From a virus, in the IMG/VR virus record IMGVR_UViG_3300037420_000928, positions 24,751-88,750 of that record: a stretch of 64,000 bases of DNA. One strand, written 5' to 3'. Position 1 is the stretch's first letter. Every line of letters starts with the position of its first letter. Positions 1 to 8,096 of this stretch are shown here, piece by piece. The notes under the pieces are model-generated. The model searched no databases. It saw nothing but the letters and a program-made list of their open reading frames with translations, and was not told the DNA's origin. Both the position numbers and the translations under genes were made by a program.

Positions 1-2
1 TG

Positions 3-233
3 GAGCGGAACACGCTGAAGAACAAGATCGACCACCCACAGAACGGAAGCAAGGACGTTTCCGATGCCATGGCTGGAGCAATCTACGGCTTGACAATGCG
101 GCGCGAGATTTGGACCGCTCACAACATACCGCTGAGCATGGTTCCGAGATCACTGCTAAACTTGAAGCAACCGACGCACAAGGGTTCCGTGGAGGACGTC
201 GAGCGCCGGAAAGCTGAGAGGAGCGCAGCATGA
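3..233 (+). CDS. terL: Terminase large subunit, C-terminal end (partial, runs off window start)
   Basis: Hand translation gives ...KNKIDHPQNGSKDVSDAMAGAIYG..., matching the KIDHPxxGSKDxxDA end of the TerL nuclease domain; stop TGA 231-233. Confidence 0.7.
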   Translation, partial: ERNTLKNKIDHPQNGSKDVSDAMAGAIYGLTMRREIWTAHNIPLSMVPRSLLNLKQPTHKGSVEDVERRKAERSAA

Positions 234-400
234 CCAAGTACATGTTCTTTTCCGACGTCAATCAGACGGTGTTTGTCGATTATCTGGAAGCGCGGGACAT
301 TGTCTATGAAGAAGTCGCTTGGAACGTCATCCTGGTTGCCTATGCCAACGACGACGTTCGTCACGAAGCCCTCAGCCTTGGAGCCGAAGAATGTCAGTAG
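230..400 (+). CDS. Hypothetical protein (56 aa)
   Basis: ATG overlaps the terL stop (ATGA); MTKYMFFSDVNQTVFVDYLEARDIVYEEVAW...; ends TAG, overlapping the next start. Confidence 0.55.
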   Translation: MTKYMFFSDVNQTVFVDYLEARDIVYEEVAWNVILVAYANDDVRHEALSLGAEECQ

Positions 401-876
401 CCCAACTCACCACCCCGAATGCCAGCGTCCTGACCGACAAAGTCGAGGAGGTATGCCGCGCATGGCTGCCGGCCTACATGATGTACGGCATCGGCCTCAA
501 GGCCAAGGAGCAGGGCCTGATCCTGCGGGAGGACTTCTTCCTACATCTGCAGCAGCACATGCGCAAGGTGGTCGAAGGACTGGACGACATTTCGATGGCG
601 CGGGCGTCGAAGCTCACCGAACAGCGGGCGCTTGACCTTTGCCGCGAGATCAGCACCGATAACGCGATCACTGTGCTGTTCGTGATCATGTACTCGGTTA
701 TGAAGGCGGTAGACGAGGGCATCATCACCGACGTGACCAGCCAGCCGGTACTCTACACCGTGCTGCTGATTGACGAGAGCGAAGACATGGGCTTCGAAAC
801 CACCTTCAATCGAAAGTGGGTCAAGCAGAAGGCGAGCGAGATGTTCTCGACCTGCTACTACAAGAAATGGTACTGA
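391..876 (+). CDS. Hypothetical helical protein
   Basis: Track ORF 319..876; likely start MSVAQ at 391, coupled to the upstream ORF; phage-like codon usage. Confidence 0.65.
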   Translation: MSVAQLTTPNASVLTDKVEEVCRAWLPAYMMYGIGLKAKEQGLILREDFFLHLQQHMRKVVEGLDDISMARASKLTEQRALDLCREISTDNAITVLFVIMYSVMKAVDEGIITDVTSQPVLYTVLLIDESEDMGFETTFNRKWVKQKASEMFSTCYYKKWY

Positions 877-900
877 GCCGTTTTCGAAATACAGTTTGAC

Positions 901-939
901 GGGGACCGAATTCTCTTGTTTTTCGGTCCCTTTCTTTTT
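901..939 (+). terminator. Rho-independent terminator
   Basis: GGGGACCGAA / TTCGGTCCCT stem followed by TTCTTTTT. Confidence 0.7.
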
Positions 940-971
940 ATCTTTAGACCACGACATAAATCACAATTTCC

Positions 972-3137
972 ATGGAGGGTTATGTGATGCAGATACACGA
1001 TTTCGGCCCCGGAATTCAAGGCGTCGTGACAGACAAGGAAGTGGTCGGAGGAAAAGGTTCCTCGCTCGCGATCATGACCAATATGGGGCTGAACGTCCCT
1101 CCAGGGTGCATCATCGATATCCCCCACTGCCAGCAATACTGGAAGCTGAGCAGCGCGATCGAGCGGGCCAATATGGTCGGTTCTTTGGCCAACGATATCG
1201 TCAACAAGCACATCACCCACATGCATAAGGCTTATGGTTTCGTGCCGCTCTTCTCGGTTCGATCCGGGGCTCCGGTGTCGATGCCGGGGATGATGGACAC
1301 CATCCTGAATGTCGGGCTGACCACGGTCAACCTGGATACGTGGATCAAGCGGATTGGCGCCAGGGCCACCTGGGATAGCTATCGCCGACTGATCCTAATG
1401 CTGTCGACCACGGCCTACGGGCTGCCGGAGACGGTCATGAACGCGCCGATGGATGCTCTCAAGGAAAAGCTGGGGATCGAGGCTGACACCGATCTGACGG
1501 CTGCGCATCTGAAAACCATCTGCATGGCGATGAAGATGTCGTTCGAATACCACATGAACATGACGTTCCCGGACAATCCAGTGCAACAAATTGCAGCGGC
1601 GATCGATGCTGTTTTCCGGTCGTGGAACTCGGAACGGGCGATCGTCTACCGGCAGATCAACAAGCTGGAGCATATCAGCGGCACGGCGGTCACCATCCAG
1701 GCGATGGCTTTCGGGAACCTGAACGATAATTCAGGCACCGGGGTGCTGTTCACCCGCAACCCGTCGACTGGGGACGACATGCTTCACGGGGAATTCCTAC
1801 AGAATGCCCAAGGCGAGGACGTGGTGGCCGGGATACGGACCCCGAGACCGCTGGAAGAGATGGCCAAAATCGACAAGTATTGGAATGGTGTGCTGACCGA
1901 GATAGCCACGGTGGCTTCCAAGCTGGAGGACTATTACAAGGATATGGTCGATATCGAGTTCACGGTTCAGGATCACAAGCTTTATGTGCTACAGAGCCGG
2001 GTAGGCAAGCGAACAGCCCGAGCGGCGATGAAGATCGCCACCGATCTGTACGACGCCGGGATCATCGATCAGGACATGCTGTTTTCCCGGATCACCAAGA
2101 GCCAGTACAAGATTTCCAAGCGGCCGCAGGTGGACCCGGCGTGGAAGAAGAAGCCGCTGATGGAGGGGATCAATGCTTCCCCGGGTGTGGCGCGTGGTGT
2201 GGCGGTGTTCACCTCAGCGCAGGCGGTTATGGCCAGGGAGGCGGGGCAGGACGTGATCCTGATCCGAACCGAGACGACGCCTGACGATATCGCCGGAATG
2301 AATGCTGCGGTTGGTATCCTGACGGCGACCGGGGGCTCCACTTCTCATGCGGCGGTGGTCGCCAGATCGATGGACAAGCCCTGTGTTTGCGGGGTTACTG
2401 GGCTGACGGTCGGTGATCATCATGCGATCTACAACGGCGTGCCGATCAATCAGGAAAAGGACGTCGTCACCATCTGCGGTCTGACCGGCCGGGTCTGGGT
2501 CGGGGATAATGTGCCGGTAACGGCCGGGGATACGGCGCCGATCAGGAAGACCCTGTTCGACCTGCTGTCGGGGGACGCCTATCAGGTGGTGGACCTGACG
2601 GAGATCGAGGAGAACGCCATTCCGAAGAATGTGGCTTTGAAGATCGAGCATTACGTGATGCAGGGCGTCGAGCCTGACGATCTGATCCCGTCGATCGCCG
2701 GGCTGCAGGTTCTCGGGCACAACATCATGCTCGACCTGTCCATGGACAACATCGACAATACCAGGGCGCTGCGGAACATCTTCACGCCGGACCCGCTGCC
2801 AAAGCAGTACATAGACATGGTCAATCGTATCCTGGCTATGCCGAAGAACGGGGAGATCGATCCCAGTCAGGTGATTATCACCAGGGCTAAGCCCCAGATC
2901 GTGGAGTACCTGCAGAAGGCCGGGTTCGCCATCAACAAGGCAGCCAAGTCGATGAAGGACCTGATCGACGGAGCGGCCGGAGTGGAGATCACGGACGATT
3001 TCATCCAGAACGTTTTCGGCTCGAAAGAGGCCATGGCCTACATCATGGAGCTACTGGCCAAGGACGGCAAGAAAATCTCGGCTGGTAGCCGGGACATCCA
3101 CCCAGAGAGACTGTTGTTTACCAGACTTGCTGACTGA
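972..3137 (+). CDS. PPDK-like phosphotransferase: ATP-grasp plus phospho-His swivel domain, with the pyruvate-binding barrel replaced by an unrelated ~185-aa domain
   Basis: PPDK motifs GGKG, SVRSGAPVSMPGMMDTILNVG, SGTGVLFTRNPSTG, NAQGEDVVAGIRTP, DIEFT, LQSR, ETTPDDIAGM, GGSTSHAAVVAR (His codon 2346-2348). Similarity ends near nt 2580. Start at 972 or 987. Confidence 0.85.
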   Translation: MEGYVMQIHDFGPGIQGVVTDKEVVGGKGSSLAIMTNMGLNVPPGCIIDIPHCQQYWKLSSAIERANMVGSLANDIVNKHITHMHKAYGFVPLFSVRSGAPVSMPGMMDTILNVGLTTVNLDTWIKRIGARATWDSYRRLILMLSTTAYGLPETVMNAPMDALKEKLGIEADTDLTAAHLKTICMAMKMSFEYHMNMTFPDNPVQQIAAAIDAVFRSWNSERAIVYRQINKLEHISGTAVTIQAMAFGNLNDNSGTGVLFTRNPSTGDDMLHGEFLQNAQGEDVVAGIRTPRPLEEMAKIDKYWNGVLTEIATVASKLEDYYKDMVDIEFTVQDHKLYVLQSRVGKRTARAAMKIATDLYDAGIIDQDMLFSRITKSQYKISKRPQVDPAWKKKPLMEGINASPGVARGVAVFTSAQAVMAREAGQDVILIRTETTPDDIAGMNAAVGILTATGGSTSHAAVVARSMDKPCVCGVTGLTVGDHHAIYNGVPINQEKDVVTICGLTGRVWVGDNVPVTAGDTAPIRKTLFDLLSGDAYQVVDLTEIEENAIPKNVALKIEHYVMQGVEPDDLIPSIAGLQVLGHNIMLDLSMDNIDNTRALRNIFTPDPLPKQYIDMVNRILAMPKNGEIDPSQVIITRAKPQIVEYLQKAGFAINKAAKSMKDLIDGAAGVEITDDFIQNVFGSKEAMAYIMELLAKDGKKISAGSRDIHPERLLFTRLAD
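1582..1595 (+). promoter_or_regulatory. Dispersed palindrome copy TGCAACAAATTGCA (inside PPDK-like CDS)
   Basis: Exact match to the repeated 14-mer. Confidence 0.7.
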
Positions 3138-3173
3138 CATAAGCATTTGGGCAGCAGGAAAGGAGTGTGCTAA

Positions 3174-3458
3174 ATGGCTCTTGTTTTAGGTATCGATCTC
3201 CACGGGGATTTCTATGTGGGGGATGAACGTTATGAGATTTCGGAGATCATTTTGCCCACGGACATGATCGTGACCAGGGCGCGGGACGGCAAGTCCTTCA
3301 GGATCACTGACACAGAGGCCAAGGAGATCGCCCCGGACGTGTTCATGTCATCGGGCAAGCCGATGGCTGGCAAGCGGGCCAGATGCTCTCTGGACGCCCC
3401 CAGCCACATCAAGATCATGCGGGGCGACAAGTATGCGGAGGCCCACAGTCATGTCTGA
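3174..3458 (+). CDS. Small beta-rich protein, possible CsrA/RsmA-like RNA-binding fold
   Basis: C-terminal RARCSLDAPSHIKIMRGDKY resembles CsrA [20 protein letters not shown]; N-terminal LVLGIDLHGDFYVGDE resembles LILTRRVGETLMIGDE. RBS AGGAG upstream. Confidence 0.45.
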   Translation: MALVLGIDLHGDFYVGDERYEISEIILPTDMIVTRARDGKSFRITDTEAKEIAPDVFMSSGKPMAGKRARCSLDAPSHIKIMRGDKYAEAHSHV

Positions 3459-3681
3459 CAATCGGCACGTCACGGTTCTACCGGATGCCATCGTCAAAGC
3501 CAAGCGGCTGGGGATCAGCGGCAATATCGAAGAGCGCTTGAAGCGCATGGCCTTGCGGGCTGCCATCATCACCCACCCGCAAGGAAACAGGAGGTTCGGT
3601 GATTACCTGCTGCGGATCAAGGAAGGTCGGTTGGAGATGATCATGCGATACGACCCGGAAACCAAGAGGGTTTGCGGATAA
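3451..3681 (+). CDS. Hypothetical protein
   Basis: MSDNRHVTVLPDAIVKAKRLG...; overlaps the previous stop. Confidence 0.6.
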   Translation: MSDNRHVTVLPDAIVKAKRLGISGNIEERLKRMALRAAIITHPQGNRRFGDYLLRIKEGRLEMIMRYDPETKRVCG

Positions 3682-3682
3682 T

Positions 3683-3696
3683 TGCAACAAATTGCA
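3683..3696 (+). promoter_or_regulatory. Dispersed palindrome copy TGCAACAAATTGCA (intergenic, upstream of phosphatase 1)
   Basis: Exact match. Confidence 0.75.
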
Positions 3697-3725
3697 CTAC
3701 TGCCAAAACAGCATGGAGGCTCATA

Positions 3726-4313
3726 ATGGCGCGATACACAGTTGAAATGAACGGCAATCTTTCCCTGCCCCTCGGAGAGGGCGGGCGTTACGGTTACATG
3801 CATATCCTCGGAGGGCCGTTCGACACGGGCCTGTTCACCGACGGCACCTACAACGTCAATCTCAAGGCGGAGGGGACGCGGAAGAAGTTCGACACGGAAT
3901 TGCCGATCGAAGACTACGGCGTCCCCCTGGACAAGTTCCTGCTGGTGGAAGTGATCGAGGACGTGATCGTCCAGGCGATGGCCGGCAAGCTGATAGTCAC
4001 CGGCTGCATGGGGGGCATGGGGCGCACAGGTCTCTTCATGGCAATCCTGGCCAAGGCCTGCGGCATCCAGAACCCGGTGCGGTTCGTGCGGGCCAAATAC
4101 TACCACCATGCGGTGGAGACGGAAAAGCAGGAAGAGTTCGTCGCCAATCTCGACGTCTCCTGGGTCCCTCGCGTGATCGAGGAAACCTACAAGCGGATGC
4201 ATCCCGGCGTCGAAGTGCGGGACAACTTCCTCGACCCGCTGCTGCCGGAACCGGCGATCCAGCCGCCCATTGCCGGTTTCTGGCAGAGGCTCTGGAATTA
4301 TATCCGCTACTGA
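3726..4313 (+). CDS. Cys-dependent (PTP/dual-specificity family) phosphatase 1
   Basis: P-loop TGCMGGMGRTG (CX5R, nt 4005-4025) and downstream AVETEKQEEFV; GGAGG RBS before ATG 3726. Confidence 0.8.
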   Translation: MARYTVEMNGNLSLPLGEGGRYGYMHILGGPFDTGLFTDGTYNVNLKAEGTRKKFDTELPIEDYGVPLDKFLLVEVIEDVIVQAMAGKLIVTGCMGGMGRTGLFMAILAKACGIQNPVRFVRAKYYHHAVETEKQEEFVANLDVSWVPRVIEETYKRMHPGVEVRDNFLDPLLPEPAIQPPIAGFWQRLWNYIRY

Positions 4314-4392
4314 CCATAAATACCTTGTATCGACGCTGGAAATCCTTAGACTGAAACTCTAAGGATTTTCTCTTCAATGGAGTGAAGGAAAA

Positions 4393-5622
4393 ATGGCACT
4401 GAGCGATATCACTTTGGGGCACCTGTTCCTGCATCCGGCCCGCCAGTTGAACGACATTTCCGAGACGTCAGCGGCGACGGTGGGGTCGGTGGTCAAGGCC
4501 TACATGGACAAGAACCTCAACACGAACAACGCCAAGCCGGATAACATGGCGGTGACGTTCTATGCGTTCTCCCAGATGATCGGCTATCTGACGTCGATCT
4601 ATGATCGCTCCGAGCCGATGGCCGAAGAGGATGCTGAAATCCTCAAACGCTATTTCACCTTCATGGACGCCGAAGGAACTCGGGCGGCGATCTACCTGCT
4701 GCTGATCTGCATCCGGGAATGCCGGCACACGCATTCCAATCCGGTTACGGACCTGAAGATCAGCAAGGAGGTCAGCAAGGCGGCGGTGGATTGGATACGG
4801 AAGTACAAGTCGGGGGAGAACTATACCTCGCTGTGGACTGATCCCCCGAAATGCACCTTTGGCCAACTGGTCACCGCCATTCGCCGGTTCTTCTATGAAC
4901 AGTCGTACAACAGCGGTTACGGCGGGCCGAAGTGGGGAGCCGTCACCGATTGCATCGAGAGCTTCATTTACGGCAAGACCTCGGCCGAAGTGATGATGGA
5001 TACCAACTGGACGCTGGCCCACAACAACGGCCCTATTTTCAATAAGGGCATGCTGTACCACGATTATGATCACAAGCTGCTGAACATCCTCGACGTCCAG
5101 AGAGCGGGGATGATCCTGCAGGGCATTATCGAGGATCATGTGGTTCTCAGCTATGCGACGACCTCGACGCTGCGGAACCTCTGCCACGCTTTCGTCAAGC
5201 GCCATCAGAAATCCATCGGGGCGGCTTACATCGACTGGTATCAGGTGGAGAACCTGGGGGCAGTAAATGACTGCGTTTACTATCAGTCCCTGCAGAAGAA
5301 GAAATACGGGCCTTCCCCTTATGCCAAGTGGGAGGGTCCTACAGCGGGGGTTGAACCCGAGACGTATTACGAGGTGGATACGAACACGCTGTTGAAGGTC
5401 GTACCCTCCAAACGTCCCCAGGTCGAGGAGAAATCAATTCCGGCCGCAGTGATACCGGAAGTGGAAGCCAAGCTGCTCGACTACCTGCTTGATGGAGGAT
5501 CAGCCAATCTAACGGCTTTCGCGAAGCATATCGGGATGACAAGCGACAAGGTGCTCAGCATCGAGCACTCCAAGGAACCACCCAAGAAGCTGAAAATTCT
5601 GCTTCCGAAAAAGGCGAGCTAA
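4393..5622 (+). CDS. Hypothetical protein with GYGGPKW and AHNNGPIFNKG motifs
   Basis: 409-aa ORF with a good RBS (AAGGA); no fold recognised. Confidence 0.75.
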   Translation: MALSDITLGHLFLHPARQLNDISETSAATVGSVVKAYMDKNLNTNNAKPDNMAVTFYAFSQMIGYLTSIYDRSEPMAEEDAEILKRYFTFMDAEGTRAAIYLLLICIRECRHTHSNPVTDLKISKEVSKAAVDWIRKYKSGENYTSLWTDPPKCTFGQLVTAIRRFFYEQSYNSGYGGPKWGAVTDCIESFIYGKTSAEVMMDTNWTLAHNNGPIFNKGMLYHDYDHKLLNILDVQRAGMILQGIIEDHVVLSYATTSTLRNLCHAFVKRHQKSIGAAYIDWYQVENLGAVNDCVYYQSLQKKKYGPSPYAKWEGPTAGVEPETYYEVDTNTLLKVVPSKRPQVEEKSIPAAVIPEVEAKLLDYLLDGGSANLTAFAKHIGMTSDKVLSIEHSKEPPKKLKILLPKKAS

Positions 5623-5640
5623 GCAAAGGAGTGCTGCTCA

Positions 5641-6390
5641 ATGGCAAGAAAAAGTCTCAATGACGTGCTGTCCAACGATCGTAGCGTGGCGCGTGTCGCC
5701 CAGGGGGGATCGTCTGTCGTCTCCTACCACAAGGATGACGAAGATTGGGTGGCCAAGATCGAGGCCAAGTACAACACGGCTCCCAAGCTGATCGATCATC
5801 AGAACGATTATGGTTCTTTCGAGAAGTGCTACAAGAAGCACCCCAAGCTGTCACTCGGCGGCGGAACCCTGATCGGTGGCTCCGGGGAATTCCCCGTGGC
5901 ACAGACGGCGTTTGCCTTCATCGGCTTCGACTACAAGGTGACCGTGCCGGCCTATGACTACGAAAAGCACGACCCTCCCCACTGCATCCACCACAAGATC
6001 GCGGACATGCATGCCCCGGACAACCCGGCCGAATTCATCAAGCTGGTCAAATGGACGGCCAGCAAGCTCAAGGAAGGCAAGACCATCCATTGCGGCTGCA
6101 TCGGGGGTCACGGCCGGACGGGGACCTTCATCTCGGCGGTGGTCAAGGAGATCACCGGGGAGGAAGATGCCATCGGCTGGACCCGCAAGCACTACTGCCA
6201 CAAGGCGGTGGAGAGCACGGAGCAGGTCGACTTCCTGGCCAAGCATTTCGGGATCACACCGCAGCAGGGGGCCAAGTCATCGGCCAAGTCGTCCGGCAAG
6301 ACCCAAGCTCAACCGAAGAGCAAGAGCGTGACCAAGGGGAACCACGTCTTCTCCCCGATAGGCCCACGCTTCGATATCTTCAAGCCGTGA
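5641..6390 (+). CDS. Cys-dependent (PTP/dual-specificity family) phosphatase 2
   Basis: HCGCIGGHGRTG (CX5R, nt 6097-6117) and AVESTEQVDFL; AAGGAG RBS. Confidence 0.8.
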   Translation: MARKSLNDVLSNDRSVARVAQGGSSVVSYHKDDEDWVAKIEAKYNTAPKLIDHQNDYGSFEKCYKKHPKLSLGGGTLIGGSGEFPVAQTAFAFIGFDYKVTVPAYDYEKHDPPHCIHHKIADMHAPDNPAEFIKLVKWTASKLKEGKTIHCGCIGGHGRTGTFISAVVKEITGEEDAIGWTRKHYCHKAVESTEQVDFLAKHFGITPQQGAKSSAKSSGKTQAQPKSKSVTKGNHVFSPIGPRFDIFKP

Positions 6391-6400
6391 GGGGGAAGAG

Positions 6401-7387
6401 ATGGCACAGCCGCATATAGAATTCTCCGTTGCCGGACCTGCCTGGGGCGCCTGGGAACCGATAACCAAGCTTATGAGCGCTGCGAACATTAAGTCCTCTG
6501 ACCTGGTGCTCGCGAACCTCAGTCTTGATTTGATCGCCATCCGGTTCAGCGATTTTGGCTGCGATATCAGATACGACATGGCTATCGTCGCGCAAAAGCC
6601 GATCAAAGGCGTTGTCCTGCAGGATAAGCAGGAGGCGATTGCCTTCTTCAATTCTCTCATAGAGACGGTCGTGACTGTGCTGAAAATATCTGACTTCGCC
6701 ATGAAGCTGACGACCATGACGGCGCCTGCGGCCGACGGCTTACTTGATCACACGAAGCCGAACGTCAACGAGAAGCATTTCAACTTCGCCAAGATGTATG
6801 GCGAATATGTCAAGTCACAGGGTAAACCAAATATCCAGCAGGTGCCGAAAACCCCTCCCTTTCCGGGTGGGGGTAAGATACAATACTCTAAGGACAAACC
6901 CATTTTTATGCAGTGGGACACGCTTGAAGATAAAGTCGACGTCAGCAAGGAGGCAGTCGTGACAAGTGCAGTAGGTAAACCTTTGAACAGCTATCTGGCG
7001 GGGGCGCTGAAACCGGCTTCTGCACTTCCACCTTTCAAGGAGGCGACCCAGCTTTACCAGATGGTGATGGGGACCACGAGCGAGTATTGCATCGTGGCCA
7101 TGGCCCCCAAGCTGAAGGTCGGGGCTCGGGTGTGGGGGCAGACCCTGTCGATCCGGTACGAGGGGGACGACCTGGACGTGGTCACGGGAGCCCTCAAGAC
7201 GGCAGGCTTCAAGGTGACCGCCACCTATGCCACTCTGCATGTCGAGATACCGACCACTTCCAACATCAGCCTCTGGCAGCGCGCCATGGCGTCGATGATC
7301 GCGGCGTCGATGTACGATTTCGACACGCCCCTCCCCTCCATCCTCAAGGTGCAGAAATGCTTCCCAAAGAACAACTTCGGACTATAA
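6401..7387 (+). CDS. Hypothetical protein
   Basis: 328-aa ORF in operon context; no recognisable motif. Confidence 0.7.
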   Translation: MAQPHIEFSVAGPAWGAWEPITKLMSAANIKSSDLVLANLSLDLIAIRFSDFGCDIRYDMAIVAQKPIKGVVLQDKQEAIAFFNSLIETVVTVLKISDFAMKLTTMTAPAADGLLDHTKPNVNEKHFNFAKMYGEYVKSQGKPNIQQVPKTPPFPGGGKIQYSKDKPIFMQWDTLEDKVDVSKEAVVTSAVGKPLNSYLAGALKPASALPPFKEATQLYQMVMGTTSEYCIVAMAPKLKVGARVWGQTLSIRYEGDDLDVVTGALKTAGFKVTATYATLHVEIPTTSNISLWQRAMASMIAASMYDFDTPLPSILKVQKCFPKNNFGL

Positions 7388-7446
7388 CGCCGGGGCAGGC
7401 ATTTGCCCCCAGCACCCCGCTGCTGCCCAAGGTCAGCCCCGAAAAA

Positions 7447-7587
7447 ATGAAATTTGTTGCAACGGAGAGCGAAGTCGGGCCGGACGGGTGCATCAAGTTG
7501 AAGTTCAAGAAAACCTACTTCGGCGTCAACATGGGAACGGTCGAGTGCATGGTCCCGGAACAAGGAGAAGTCCAATGGCGGCTGTGA
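7447..7587 (+). CDS. Possible small protein (46 aa)
   Basis: MKFVATESEVGPDGCIKLKFKKTYFGVNMG...; fills the gap between two genes but has a weak RBS. Confidence 0.35.
   Translation: MKFVATESEVGPDGCIKLKFKKTYFGVNMGTVECMVPEQGEVQWRL
7448..7461 (-). promoter_or_regulatory. Palindrome variant (reverse complement TGCAACAAATTTCA)
   Basis: One mismatch to the core 14-mer. Confidence 0.55.
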
Positions 7588-8096
7588 AGAAAGCAAAGGA
7601 GGCGATATTCCCCCCGGCGATCTCCGATCAGGACATGTATCATCTGGCCGATATTCTTGACGCCACGATCGTGCAATCCAACCACAAGCTCGATATTCAC
7701 CGCATTACCAGCAAGCGGCTGATAATATCGGGGATTGAGGTGAAGACCGGGCCGCTGTCTATTGACGGCGTAGTCGACAAGGACTATGCAGCATTGGACC
7801 TGTTCATGGGGGGCGACCTGCACATTTTGATTTTGCTTATGACGAGCAAAACCATTACTAACTTCACCACTCTATGGATATCAGAAACCCCCCCAGAGCC
7901 CCTACGGAGCGCTTTCAAGAGACATTCCGATCCCTTACCCCTTCGGAATTTTCTTGACTATCTGGAGGGAAACACAAAGCGGGGATTTTATACTGATGCT
8001 GGAAAAAGATGGCGAGAGCTTCCCGAGGCTGCTCATATGGACCTCTTCAAACGCGGCTACATTGACGCCAATTTTTCAGCCCTGCTTAAAGTCTAA
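7575..8096 (+). CDS. Hypothetical protein
   Basis: MAAVKKAKEAIFPP...; AAGGAG RBS upstream. Confidence 0.6.
   Translation: MAAVKKAKEAIFPPAISDQDMYHLADILDATIVQSNHKLDIHRITSKRLIISGIEVKTGPLSIDGVVDKDYAALDLFMGGDLHILILLMTSKTITNFTTLWISETPPEPLRSAFKRHSDPLPLRNFLDYLEGNTKRGFYTDAGKRWRELPEAAHMDLFKRGYIDANFSALLKV

Noticed and set aside
972-3137. Calling this a functional pyruvate phosphate dikinase (ppdK) metabolic gene
   Set aside because: The pyruvate/PEP-binding barrel is absent.
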